64,000 nucleotides of DNA from an uncultured Thermoleophilia bacterium (lineage in GTDB: Bacteria; Actinomycetota; Thermoleophilia; Gaiellales; Gaiellaceae), in contig CAWEKT010000001.1 in NCBI GenBank assembly GCA_963809765.1, forward strand, positions 253,973-317,972, written 5' to 3'. Under the pieces are notes generated by a model. It was not told the origin of the DNA and did no database searches. It saw only the letters and a program-made list of their open reading frames with translations. Made by a program: the position numbers and the translations under genes. Positions 20,839 through 33,463 of this stretch are shown here, piece after piece. Numbering within the stretch: position 1 is the stretch's first letter; each line of letters starts with the position of its first letter.

Positions 20839-22140
20839 CTACCGCGCGATCAGCGTCGACTTGTACTCGCTTCGGCCAAGGCTCCCCCAGGGCAGGAGCT
20901 CGACGCGTGCCTGCACGAGCAGGACGCTCCTGAGCCTGGCGCCGATCGCATCCGCGAGGCGCTCGTCGGGCGTCGCGTCACGGGCGAGCTCGACGGCAAC
21001 GGGCAGCGGCGGGTCCTGCTTGACCCCCGGACGCGCCGGCCGGACGACCACGTTCCCCGAGACCGCGGGCGCGAACGAGGTCACGACCTCGCGGACTGCG
21101 GACGGGAACACGTTGACCCCGCGGACGATCAGCATGTCGTCGGTCCGGCCGACGCAGCGGACCCGCGGGGCGGTTCGGCCGCACGCGCACGGGCTCGTCC
21201 GTACGACCACGTGGTCGCGCGTACGAAAGCGCAGCAGCGGCGCGGCGCGGTGGCGGAGGTGCGTGAGCACCAACTCGCCGCCGGCGCCGTCGACGAGCTC
21301 GACGGCGGCGCCCGTCTCCGGGTCGACGAGCTCCGCGTGCACGAAGCCGCGCGCGCCCAGGTGCATGCCCTCCTGCTCCTCGCACTCGCCCCACAGTGAG
21401 ATGCCGATGTCGCCGATGCCCATCGCCTCCGTGACCCTGGCGCCCCAGCCGTGCTCCAGCCGCTCGCGAAACGAGGGCTCGCCGCCGCCGGGCTCGCCGG
21501 CGACGAGCACCCGCTCGACGCTCGACGCAGCCAGATCGACTCCGCGGTCGGTCGCCCACTCGACCAGGTAGGCGGCGTAGGAGGGAGTCAGCACGGCCGC
21601 CTCCGGCCGCAGCTGCTCGATCGCCCGCACGAGCCGCTCGCTGTTGCCGGTGCCGACGGGGATGTGGCAGAGGCCGATGCGGTCGAAGCTCGCGAGTGCT
21701 GCTCCGGCGACGAACGGCCCTGCGTTGTAGGTGGAGATGATCGCCTGGCCCGTGCGGAGGCCGGACGCCGCGTAGCTCCGCGCCGAGCCCGTGACCCAGT
21801 TTTCGAGGTCTCCAGCGGTCAGGGGGATGTAGCTGGGCGTCCCCGTCGTGCCGCTCGTCGAGTAGACGCGTGCGAGCTCGCTCCGGCTGACGCAGAAGTG
21901 GTCTCCGAACGGCTGCTCCTGCGTGACAGTCGCACGCAGCTCGTCCTTGCCGGTGAGCGGCAGCGTCGCGATGTCGGCCAGGCTGCCGGCCGAAGCCGCC
22001 GTGCCGAAGCCGGCTGCGGCGAGCTTGCTGCGGTAGAAGGCAGAGCGCTCGAACAGGTAGGCGAGCTGCTCGCGATAGCTCCGGTCGTCGACCTCCAGCT
22101 GCTCGGACCACGGCAGGGCCTCGACGGCAGGATCGAGCAT
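20839..22140 (-). CDS. Phenylacetate-CoA ligase-like adenylate-forming enzyme (PaaK/F390 synthetase family)
   Basis: 433 aa from ATG 22140, which overlaps the upstream stop (ATGA); the track ORF extends to 22569. YSTSGTTGTPSY AMP motif, RTDDMLIVRGVNVFP. Confidence 0.8.
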   Translation of the reverse strand: MLDPAVEALPWSEQLEVDDRSYREQLAYLFERSAFYRSKLAAAGFGTAASAGSLADIATLPLTGKDELRATVTQEQPFGDHFCVSRSELARVYSTSGTTGTPSYIPLTAGDLENWVTGSARSYAASGLRTGQAIISTYNAGPFVAGAALASFDRIGLCHIPVGTGNSERLVRAIEQLRPEAAVLTPSYAAYLVEWATDRGVDLAASSVERVLVAGEPGGGEPSFRERLEHGWGARVTEAMGIGDIGISLWGECEEQEGMHLGARGFVHAELVDPETGAAVELVDGAGGELVLTHLRHRAAPLLRFRTRDHVVVRTSPCACGRTAPRVRCVGRTDDMLIVRGVNVFPSAVREVVTSFAPAVSGNVVVRPARPGVKQDPPLPVAVELARDATPDERLADAIGARLRSVLLVQARVELLPWGSLGRSEYKSTLIAR

Positions 22141-22880
22141 CAGTTCGGGTCGTAGGCCGCTGCCTGCTCGGCCGCCCGTGCCAGCTCGAGCCCGATCGGC
22201 GTGTCGCGCTCCTCGGCGAGGTGGGCGAGCAGGCTGGCGGTGCGCGCGAGGATGGGGACCGCCTTGACCATGGACGCCGGGTAGCCGAGGTCGAGCATCA
22301 CCGCCGCGATCGGCAGCGACACGTTCATCGGCAACGGCTTGCCCCAGGCATCCGCCACCGCACCGCGCAGCTCCCGAGCCAGGGCGACGTGGGCGCTGGC
22401 GACGCCGCGCTCGTCGGCGAGCTCGAGCAGGCGTTCGGCGCGAGGATCCACGGGACTGTGCACCGGGTGCCCGAAGCCAGGCATCTTGCCGCCCCCGGCA
22501 CGCACCTCGGCGACGACCTCGCGCGCAGACCGCCCGGACGCGACCGCACCCTCGAGCAGGCGGGCGCACTCCTCGGCCGTCCCCAGCACCACCGGCCCCG
22601 CGCCGAGGATCCCGGCCGCGACGGCGCCCTGGAGCGAACCAGGGTCGGCCGCGAGCGTCATCCGCGCCGCCACGTTCGTCGGCATGAGCCCGTGCTCGGC
22701 GATCGAGACCAGCAGCGCGTCGAGGAAGAAGCGCTGCTCCTCGGTCGGCTCCTCTCCCGTGACGAGCAGGTGGAAGAGCTCGGTGAAGCTCAGCCTGCCC
22801 ACCAGGTCGGCCGTGAGGTCGCGGCCCCGCACCTCGACCCGGTCCGGGTATGCCTGCGCGATGCGGGACGTCGGCGTCAC
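22140..22880 (-). CDS. Short citrate-synthase-family protein (citryl-CoA lyase-like)
   Basis: 246 aa from GTG 22880, which overlaps the upstream stop (GTGA). GFGHPVHSPVDPR matches the citrate synthase active-site signature. Confidence 0.72.
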   Translation of the reverse strand: MTPTSRIAQAYPDRVEVRGRDLTADLVGRLSFTELFHLLVTGEEPTEEQRFFLDALLVSIAEHGLMPTNVAARMTLAADPGSLQGAVAAGILGAGPVVLGTAEECARLLEGAVASGRSAREVVAEVRAGGGKMPGFGHPVHSPVDPRAERLLELADERGVASAHVALARELRGAVADAWGKPLPMNVSLPIAAVMLDLGYPASMVKAVPILARTASLLAHLAEERDTPIGLELARAAEQAAAYDPN

Positions 22881-23902
22881 AGCTCGTCCCGCACGATGCG
22901 CGCCCCCGTCACCATCGCAACCAGCTTCTCGTACGCACGCTCCCGCGGCAGGTACTTCATGCCGCAGTCCGGCGCGACAACGAGCCGGTCGGGCTCGATC
23001 ACCTCGAGTGCGCGGCGGATGCGTGCGGCCACCGTCTCCGGTGTCTCGGCAGCCTCGGCGCCGAGGTCGAGGACGCCGAGCACGATCGTCTTGTCGGGCA
23101 GCTCGCCCAGGACGGCCGGGTCCAGGTCCGGTTGAGCAGCCTCGAGCGAGACGTGCGTGGCCGAGCACCCGTTGAGCTCACGCAGGAACGGATACCCGGT
23201 GAGCCGGCCCTCGCGGACGACGTGCGCGTACCCGAAGCACGTGTGCAGGACCGTGTCGCCGGCGATGCCCCCGAGCGCACGGTCGATCGCCTCGACGGCG
23301 TACTCGCGCGCCGCCTCCGGACGGGCCTGCAGGTAGGGCTCATCGATCTGGACGACGTCGGCGCCGGCCGCCTTGAGGTCGTGGAGCTCCTCGTTCACGG
23401 CTTCGGCGTAGGCGAGCGCCACGCTCCGCTCGTCCGCGTAGTGGTCGTCCTGCGCCTGCTGGGTCATGGTGAACGGTCCGGGCACCGTGATCTTGATCGG
23501 CCGGCCTGTGAGCGCACGGAGGAACTCGACGTCACGAACCTCGACCGGCCGCGTCCGCTGGATGGGGCCGACGATGCGCGGCACCGGGTTCTCGTGCCCG
23601 GTGCGGTCGAGCGCCACGCCCGGAGTGTCGAGATCGACGCCTTCCAGGGCGGTCGCGAAGCGGTTCGAGTAGCTCTCGCGCCGCATCTCGCCGTCGGTGA
23701 CGATGTCGACGCCCGCGCGTTCCTGGTCCTGGACGGCCAGGCGCGTGGCGTCGTCCTGTGCCTCCTCCAGGAACGGCTCCGGCACGCGCCAGAGCTCCTT
23801 GGCGCGCACCCGCGGGGGCAGCCGCTCGCCCAGACGTCCGCGGTCGATCAGCCAGCCAGGTTGCGGGTAGCTGCCGACGACGGTCGTCACGAGCGGAGCC
23901 AC
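22877..23902 (-). CDS. Cobalamin-independent methionine synthase (MetE) catalytic-domain-like protein
   Basis: 341 aa. VGSYPQPGW, TDGEMRRESY, HTCFGY and APDCGMK (His/Cys zinc-ligand pattern) resemble the MetE C-terminal domain. Confidence 0.75.
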   Translation of the reverse strand: MAPLVTTVVGSYPQPGWLIDRGRLGERLPPRVRAKELWRVPEPFLEEAQDDATRLAVQDQERAGVDIVTDGEMRRESYSNRFATALEGVDLDTPGVALDRTGHENPVPRIVGPIQRTRPVEVRDVEFLRALTGRPIKITVPGPFTMTQQAQDDHYADERSVALAYAEAVNEELHDLKAAGADVVQIDEPYLQARPEAAREYAVEAIDRALGGIAGDTVLHTCFGYAHVVREGRLTGYPFLRELNGCSATHVSLEAAQPDLDPAVLGELPDKTIVLGVLDLGAEAAETPETVAARIRRALEVIEPDRLVVAPDCGMKYLPRERAYEKLVAMVTGARIVRDEL

Positions 23903-23942
23903 GGCAGCCAGGCTAACGGGCGCCCGACCGCCGACGCATACG

Positions 23943-24574
23943 ATGACCCCGGTGCGCTACCGGACGGTGCTCTTCGACCTCGACGGCACGCTCATCGACT
24001 CGGGAGCGGCCATCCTCGCCTCGTTCCACCATGCGACGGAGACCGTGCTCGGGCGGCGGTTCGAGGACGAGGTGGTCATGGCCAGCGTCGGCGGGCACGG
24101 CATCCACCGGCAGATGGCCGCGTTCGATCCCGGGCGGGTGGACGAGCTCGTCGCCGCCTACCGCGCCCACAACCTCGACCTGTACGGGCAGATCAGGCTG
24201 TTCGCCGGCGTCGACTCGGTGCTGGAGCGGCTGCGTGAGGACGGGCGCCGCCTCGGCATCGTCACGGTCAAGAGCCGCGCGACCGTCGAGCTGACGCTCG
24301 AGCTGCTGCCGCTCGGCTCGTACTTCGCCACCGTGGTCACCGGCGACGACGTGGAGGCGCACAAGCCGGAGCCCGACGGGCTGCTGCTCGCGCTCGAGCA
24401 GCTCGGGCGAGGACCCTGCGTCGGCTGCCTACGTCGGGGACTCGCCGTTCGACGTCCAGGCGGCGAAGTCCGCGGGCGTGGGCGCGGTCGCTGTCACCTG
24501 GGGCGGGATCCACGGCCGCGACCGGCTCGAGCCCGAGCAGCCCGACGCCCTCGTCGACCATCCAGGAGAGCTCG

Positions 24575-24588
<14 letters not shown>
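23943..24588 (+). CDS. HAD-superfamily phosphatase (PGP/PpaX-like); one frame break near 24405-24408
   Basis: LFDLDGTLIDS is motif I in the 23943 frame. After ALEQLG the conserved EDPASAAYVGDSPFDVQAAKSAGVGAVAVTWG continues in the +1 frame (24409-24588, TAA stop). Confidence 0.82.
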
Positions 24589-27899
<3,311 letters not shown>

Positions 27900-27955
27900 C
27901 GCGCCATTCTTCGAAGGCCGCCGGCGGCCGTCAATAGGCCTCGAAGCACCGGAAA

Positions 27956-28348
27956 ATGGGCCGGTCGGCCCATGTGAGCGCCGCTCGCATCCGTCACATA
28001 ATCGGCGGAGTGCTGGACGACACGCCCACACTGCTTGCGCGCGTGACGTCGCTGATCGAGCAAAGCGACGACGGCTCCGTCCCGCTCCGGGAGGTCGACG
28101 AGACGTTGACCGACGGGTACGCGGTCGCGCTCGCACTCGAGGCTGAGCAGCGCCGCCTCCGCGCCGACCTCCTTCGGCTCGCCGAGGAAGGCGCCGCAGA
28201 CGAGCGCCGGCTCGAGGAGCTCGCAAACCGCCAGTCGCGCGCCAGCCGGGAGCTGGCCACGCTGCGGGAGACGCTCGCACGTCTGCGCGAGCGGCGCACG
28301 GCGATCCGGATGGCGACCGCGCATCCGGCGCCGGCCGGCGGCGGCTGA
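27956..28348 (+). CDS. Hypothetical coiled-coil protein
   Basis: 130-aa ORF; the real start is probably GTG 27974 or 28010. It has high GC3 and a natural-looking Ala/Glu/Arg/Leu helical sequence, whereas the GC3-sharing antisense ORF is Ser/Arg junk. Confidence 0.5.
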   Translation: MGRSAHVSAARIRHIIGGVLDDTPTLLARVTSLIEQSDDGSVPLREVDETLTDGYAVALALEAEQRRLRADLLRLAEEGAADERRLEELANRQSRASRELATLRETLARLRERRTAIRMATAHPAPAGGG

Positions 28349-28353
28349 CGGCC

Positions 28354-29061
28354 TCAGACGATGCCGCTGCGCACGGCGTAGACCGCCGCCTGGATCCGGT
28401 TCTGGATCCCGAGCTTCATGAGGATGTTCGAGATGTGGTTCTTGACCGTCTTCGGGCTGATGAAGAGCGCCCGGGCGATCTCGGCGTTGTCCTTGCCGTT
28501 CGCGATCAGCTTGAGGACGTCCAGCTCGCGGGCCGAGAGCTCGGCGCGGGGGAGTGGATGCGTGTCGGGCGCGCTCGTGGCACGCACGCGCTGCAGCAGC
28601 CGCCCCGTCACCTGAGGCGACATCAGTGAGTCTCCGGCTGCCGCGGCGTCGATGCCGCGGAGCAGCTCGTCGATCGATGCATCCTTGAGCAGGTAGCCGC
28701 AGGCGCCTGCCAGGACGGCGTCGATCACGTCGCCGTCGGAGTCCGAGATCGTGAGCACGACGACCCGCGTCAGCGGCCGCTCACGCGTGATCTCGCGCGT
28801 CGCCTCGACGCCGTTCATGCCCGGCATGTTGATGTCCATGAGGACGATCTCAGGCGAAAGCTCGCGCGCCTTGATGACCGCGTCGAACCCGTCGGACGCC
28901 TCGGCCACGATCGTCACGCCCTGATCCTCCAGCAGGCTACGGAGCCCGGTCCGGAAGAGATCGTGGTCGTCGACGAGGAGTACTCGTGGCTGAGTGGTCG
29001 GTTCCGTTGCCTGCATGCCGCCTGTGGTGTCGCGGGCGAGCCCTCGGCTCGCCTGACTCAT
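28354..29061 (-). CDS. NarL/LuxR-family response regulator
   Basis: 235 aa from ATG 29061, which overlaps the upstream stop (ATGA). Receiver domain RVLLVDDHDLFR...LMDINMPGMNG. LuxR HTH LSARELDVLKLIANGKDNAEIARALFISPKTVKNHISNI. Confidence 0.92.
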   Translation of the reverse strand: MSQASRGLARDTTGGMQATEPTTQPRVLLVDDHDLFRTGLRSLLEDQGVTIVAEASDGFDAVIKARELSPEIVLMDINMPGMNGVEATREITRERPLTRVVVLTISDSDGDVIDAVLAGACGYLLKDASIDELLRGIDAAAAGDSLMSPQVTGRLLQRVRATSAPDTHPLPRAELSARELDVLKLIANGKDNAEIARALFISPKTVKNHISNILMKLGIQNRIQAAVYAVRSGIV

Positions 29062-30017
29062 GATCGGAAGATCATTACCTCCACCGTCCGTGTTCCCCAC
29101 GCGTGCGCTCTCTCAATCGTCGGGAACCAGACGTCGATCCGCGCGCCGCGGATCGAGGGGCCGGTGTCGGCGGCGACGGCGATGCCGTATCCGGGGATGC
29201 TCAGCGTGCTGCCGAGCGGGATTACCGCCGGATCGACGGCGACCGTGCCGGGGCCGACCGGCGAGCCGGTCGCGGTGAATCCCGGTAGGGCGTACGCCGT
29301 CGCCACGACGACGAGCGTCCCGGACCCGTGCGGTGCAGCCGGTGCCGGCGCCGCGCGCTGGGCAGGCGCGGCCTCGGCCTCGCCCGAGGGCGCAGCGTCG
29401 TTCGCGGGCGCGGCGGCGAGCGTCCGGCTCGCTGCTCGGGCTTTGCGCTCGTGTGCCATGCGTGTCTGTTCAGCGGCGATCGCCACGAGTGCCCGCTCGG
29501 CCACCTCGGCCGAGCGGCGCAGCCGCCGCACCTCCGCCGCACGCGCGGCGAGCCGGCCCGCGAGCCCCGCGAGCTCACTGCGGAGCGAGCGAGAGCGCTC
29601 GATCCAGGCGCGGTCGTGGCGTGCGGTTCGCTCGAGGCTCTCGAGCTCCGTCACCGCCGCACTGAACGAGGTGGCGCCGAGCACGATCTCCAGCGGGTGC
29701 GCACTGCCCTCGACGTAGAGCGTCCGCAGCCGCTGCGCGAGGCGCCGCTGCGCCACCGCGAGCGAACGACGCGCGGCGTCGGCACGCATTCGCGTCAGCG
29801 AACGCTCGGAGCGGAGCGCTGCCTCCCGTGCGCGAAGCTCCGCGAGGGTCGTCCGAACGCGCGCCAGGCGGTCCTGGGTGCTGAGCTGGCCAAACGCCAC
29901 CTGCGGCGCCGCACCGGGGTGCCGCGGCGACCCATCGGCCGTCGAGGCTGCAGCCGCCAGCACGGCGACCGAGGCGAGCACGAGCAGGGCGCGGAAGGTC
30001 GATCCTTCCCCCCTCAC
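29058..30017 (-). CDS. Secreted 3D-domain cell-wall protein with N-terminal coiled coil
   Basis: 319 aa. Signal peptide, then a long Arg/Ala/Glu/Leu coiled coil containing LYVEGSAHPLEIVLGATSF. The C-terminal region VAVDPAVIPLGSTLSIPGYGIAVAADTGPSIRGARIDVWF matches the 3D (MltA-like) domain. Confidence 0.78.
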   Translation of the reverse strand: MRGEGSTFRALLVLASVAVLAAAASTADGSPRHPGAAPQVAFGQLSTQDRLARVRTTLAELRAREAALRSERSLTRMRADAARRSLAVAQRRLAQRLRTLYVEGSAHPLEIVLGATSFSAAVTELESLERTARHDRAWIERSRSLRSELAGLAGRLAARAAEVRRLRRSAEVAERALVAIAAEQTRMAHERKARAASRTLAAAPANDAAPSGEAEAAPAQRAAPAPAAPHGSGTLVVVATAYALPGFTATGSPVGPGTVAVDPAVIPLGSTLSIPGYGIAVAADTGPSIRGARIDVWFPTIERAHAWGTRTVEVMIFRS

Positions 30018-30144
30018 GAGGCCAGGACGCTAGCAGAGCTTCACGGGGGTGGCGTCGACTGCCGCGACAACATGTCCCAAACGACACAAATTTGGGTGCC
30101 TTGGCGCTGCGAGCATCCGTGCACGTTGCTAGGGTGCGCCGCTT

Positions 30145-31318
30145 GTGACGCTGTTGCCCCTCGCGGCGTCGCCCAGTTCGGCGACGCAGACAGGTTTTGC
30201 AGCGCGGGTGAAGCAGTGCGTCGGCCTTTCCGTCGCCCTCTTCTCCGTGTTCCTGGTCGCCGCCCCCGCGGCGCTGGCCGAGCCTGCCTCGGTGGTGTAC
30301 AAGCAGCGCCAGGCGAGCGAGGTGCTCACGGAGGTCCAGGCACTGGATGCCAACCTCTCGCACGCGATCGAGTCGTACAACGCCGCGAGCGAGCGCCTCG
30401 GCGTCATCCAGGTCGATCTGAAGCTGAACACGCGCGAGCTCGGCATCGCCCGCTCGAACCTGAAGGCGGCGCGTCACATCCTCGCCAGGCGTCTCGTGGC
30501 CCTGTACACGAGCGCGGGGGCGAGGTCGACGCTCGACGTGGTGCTGGGGTCGTCGTCCCTCGGTCAGGCGATCGACGGCATCGAGTCCGCGTCGCGGGTC
30601 TCGAACCAGGATGCAACCGTCTTGCGGCGCGTGACGACCTACCGGACGGAGGTCGCGAACCGGCGGCACCGTCTGAAGCGCGCGCGCGCCGAGCAGGCCG
30701 ACCTGGTCGCCCAGCGGGCGGCGCAGCGGGCGTCGATCGAGTCGCGGCTGACCGTCCGCCGGCAGCTGCTCGCCAGCATCCAGGACGAGATCGAGCAGCT
30801 GCGCGCGCAGGAGGCGGCCCGCCAGCGGCGAGCTCGAGGCGCAGGCGCGCGCCCGGCTCCAGGCGGCGAACCAGGCACCGACGCCGGTGGTGGAGACGAG
30901 TCCCATCACCGCCGCCGTGACGAGCACGGTCGACGGGGCCGAGAGCACGGGCTACGGGGCTCCCGCCGCCCGCTATGGCGGCGCCGTGGGCATCGCAATG
31001 CAGTACCTGGGCACGCCGTACGTCTGGGGCGGGGCGTCGCCGGGCGGCTTCGACTGCTCGGGCTTCGTGATGTACGTGTACGGCAAGCTCGGTCTCTCGC
31101 TACCGCATTACACGGGTTCGCTCTACGGCATGGGCTCGCCGGTCTCGCGGAGCGAGCTCCAGCCGGGCGACCTCGTCTTCTTCAACGGCCTCGGCCACGT
31201 GGGCATCTACATGGGCGGCAACCAGATGATCCACGCGCCGCATACGGGAGACGTGGTCAAGATCTCGTCGCTCACCGGCTGGTACGCGTCCACCTACGTG
31301 GGCGCGCGGCGCCTCTAG
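30145..31318 (+). CDS. NlpC/P60 peptidoglycan endopeptidase with N-terminal coiled coil (RipA/CwlO-like); one frame break near 30826-30830
   Basis: The signal peptide and coiled coil (LYTSAGARSTLDVVLGSSSL) are in the frame of ORF 30145. ELEAQARARLQAANQ and the P60 domain (GTPYVWGGASPGGFDCSGFV, GHVGIYMGG) are in the +1 frame of ORF 30887..31318. Confidence 0.85.
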
Positions 31319-31531
31319 CGGCGCGGCTCCACATCGGGACGCGGGCGCGGCTTCGCGCGCGTGAAACCTGATCCCCCGCCCTTGGGTGGGGTGTGTTGGT
31401 CCCGCCGCCCTCGCGGCTGACGCTACCGGCTCAGGTGTGCCGTGTCAGTGCGCGGTTTGCGCCGGCTGTGGTGCAGGTAGCGCGCTTGTCAGCCGCTGCG
31501 CAATGAGGCGCGCGCCCACGTGACGCGCCGG

Positions 31532-33373
31532 TTAGCCGCCGGTCGTGTCCCCGGCCGGGCCCGCCGCACCGGCCGGCTCGCGCGGCGCGGCGTAGAGCGC
31601 CTCGATGTCGGCGGCGAAATGCTCCTCGACGGCGCGCCGGCGCAGCTTCAGAGTCGGCGTGATCTCGTCCGCCTCGGCCGTGAAGTCGCGCCCGAGGATG
31701 ACGAACCGCTTGATCTGGTCGTAGTTCGAGCGGCCCTCGTTGGTGGCGTCGACAGCCTCCTGGACCAGCTCGCGCACGGCCGGGTGCTCGGCGAGCTCGG
31801 CGAGGCTGCCGCCGATGCCCCGCTGTTCGGCCCACGGCCGCAGCTCGGTCTCCTCGAGCGTGATCAGGGCGGCGACGTACGGGCGCCGGTCGCCGACGAC
31901 GAGAGCCTGCGAGACGAACCGCGAGCGCTTGAGGTCGTTCTCGAGGTTCTGCGGAGCGACGTTCTTGCCGCCGGCGGTGACGAGGATGTCCTTCTTGCGG
32001 TCGGTGATCGTGAGGAAGCCGTCGTCATCGATTGCGCCGATGTCGCCGGAGCGCAGCCAGCCGTCCTCGCCGAGCACCGCCCGGGTGGCGTCCGGCTCCT
32101 TGAGGTAGCCGGCGAAGACCGTCGGGCTCTTGATCAGGATCTCGCCGTCCTCGGCGATCCGGACCTCCGCGCCCGGCATGATCGGGCCGACGGTGCCGAA
32201 GCGGAACCGGTCCGGCCGGTTGACCGCGCAGGCGGTCGTGCACTCGGTCAGGCCGTACCCCTCCAGGATGAGGATGTCCAGCGTGTGGAAGAACTGCGCG
32301 ATATCCGCCGCGAGCGGGGCGCCGCCCGAGAACGCCAGCCTCAGCTGCCCGCCCAGGCGCTCCTTCACCTTGCTGTAGACGAGCCGGTCGGCCAGGCGGT
32401 GCTGGAACGCGAGCCCGCGTGGCAGCTCCCCGCCGCCCTGGCGGACCTCGCTCGCGCGCGCGCCGACGCCGAGCGCCCAGTCGATCAGCTTGCGGCGGAC
32501 GCCGGTCGCCTCGTCGAACTTGCCGCTGACCGCCGTGTGCACCTTCTCGTAGATGCGCGGCACGCTCGGGAACACCGTCGGGCGCACGGCAGGCAGGGCC
32601 TCGCTGACTCGCAGCGGATCCCGGCAGTAGGCGATGGTGAAGCCGAGATACGGGCCGAGCAGGTGGACGAGCCGGCCGAAGTTGTGCGCGAGCGGCAGGA
32701 AGAGGAGCAGCGTGTCGTCCGCGATGAAGTTCTGCATTCGCCCCGAGATCGCGCACATCTCGTAGTAGTTGCGGTGGCGGATCATGCAGCCCTTCGGCGC
32801 GCCGGTCGTGCCCGAGGTGTAGATGTAGGTGAAGATGTCCTCCTCGCCGACGGCCGCCTCCGCGGCCGCCAGGGCGCCGGGACGCTCCTGAGCAAAGGAG
32901 CGGCCGCGCTCCCGTAGCGAGTCGAGGTCGCCGAAGGCCAGATGGTGGTCGAGCCGCAGGTCGCGCACCTTGTCCAGCTGCTCGGCGTCCTCAGCGAAGA
33001 CACCCACCGACTCGCTGTGCGCGACGATGTACTGCGTCTCGCGCTCGGAGCTCGACGGGTAGACCGGCGCCGAAATCGCTCCCACCCGTCCGAGCGCGAA
33101 GTCGAACAACGACCACTCGAGCGCGGTACGGCCGATGATCGCGAACACGTCGCCGCGGCCGACGCCGAGCGCGAGCAGGCCGTTGGCAATCTCCTCGACG
33201 GCCGTGTCGGCGTCTGACCAGGTCACCGGCTGCCAGCCGTCGCCCGTTTCCTGCAGGTAGGCGGGCGACTCCCTTCCCGCGCCGACCGCGTCGGCCCAGA
33301 GACGCCCGATCGTGCGCGCCCCGCCTGCGGACTGCCCGGTGGGTGCGCTCGGCGACGGCGTCTCGACGGCCAT
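31532..33373 (-). CDS. Long-chain acyl-CoA synthetase (AMP-dependent ligase)
   Basis: 613 aa in a single frame. IYTSGTTGAPKGCM AMP-binding motif, TGDIG-like SGDIGAIDDDGFLTITDRKKD. Confidence 0.88.
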   Translation of the reverse strand: MAVETPSPSAPTGQSAGGARTIGRLWADAVGAGRESPAYLQETGDGWQPVTWSDADTAVEEIANGLLALGVGRGDVFAIIGRTALEWSLFDFALGRVGAISAPVYPSSSERETQYIVAHSESVGVFAEDAEQLDKVRDLRLDHHLAFGDLDSLRERGRSFAQERPGALAAAEAAVGEEDIFTYIYTSGTTGAPKGCMIRHRNYYEMCAISGRMQNFIADDTLLLFLPLAHNFGRLVHLLGPYLGFTIAYCRDPLRVSEALPAVRPTVFPSVPRIYEKVHTAVSGKFDEATGVRRKLIDWALGVGARASEVRQGGGELPRGLAFQHRLADRLVYSKVKERLGGQLRLAFSGGAPLAADIAQFFHTLDILILEGYGLTECTTACAVNRPDRFRFGTVGPIMPGAEVRIAEDGEILIKSPTVFAGYLKEPDATRAVLGEDGWLRSGDIGAIDDDGFLTITDRKKDILVTAGGKNVAPQNLENDLKRSRFVSQALVVGDRRPYVAALITLEETELRPWAEQRGIGGSLAELAEHPAVRELVQEAVDATNEGRSNYDQIKRFVILGRDFTAEADEITPTLKLRRRAVEEHFAADIEALYAAPREPAGAAGPAGDTTGG

Positions 33374-33463
33374 GAGGAGAGCTTAATCGCCCGACCGCCG
33401 CAGGATCGGCGGATCTTCGGGCTCGGAGGATCGCGCCGACGCGACTAGAATTGGGTCCTCCCT

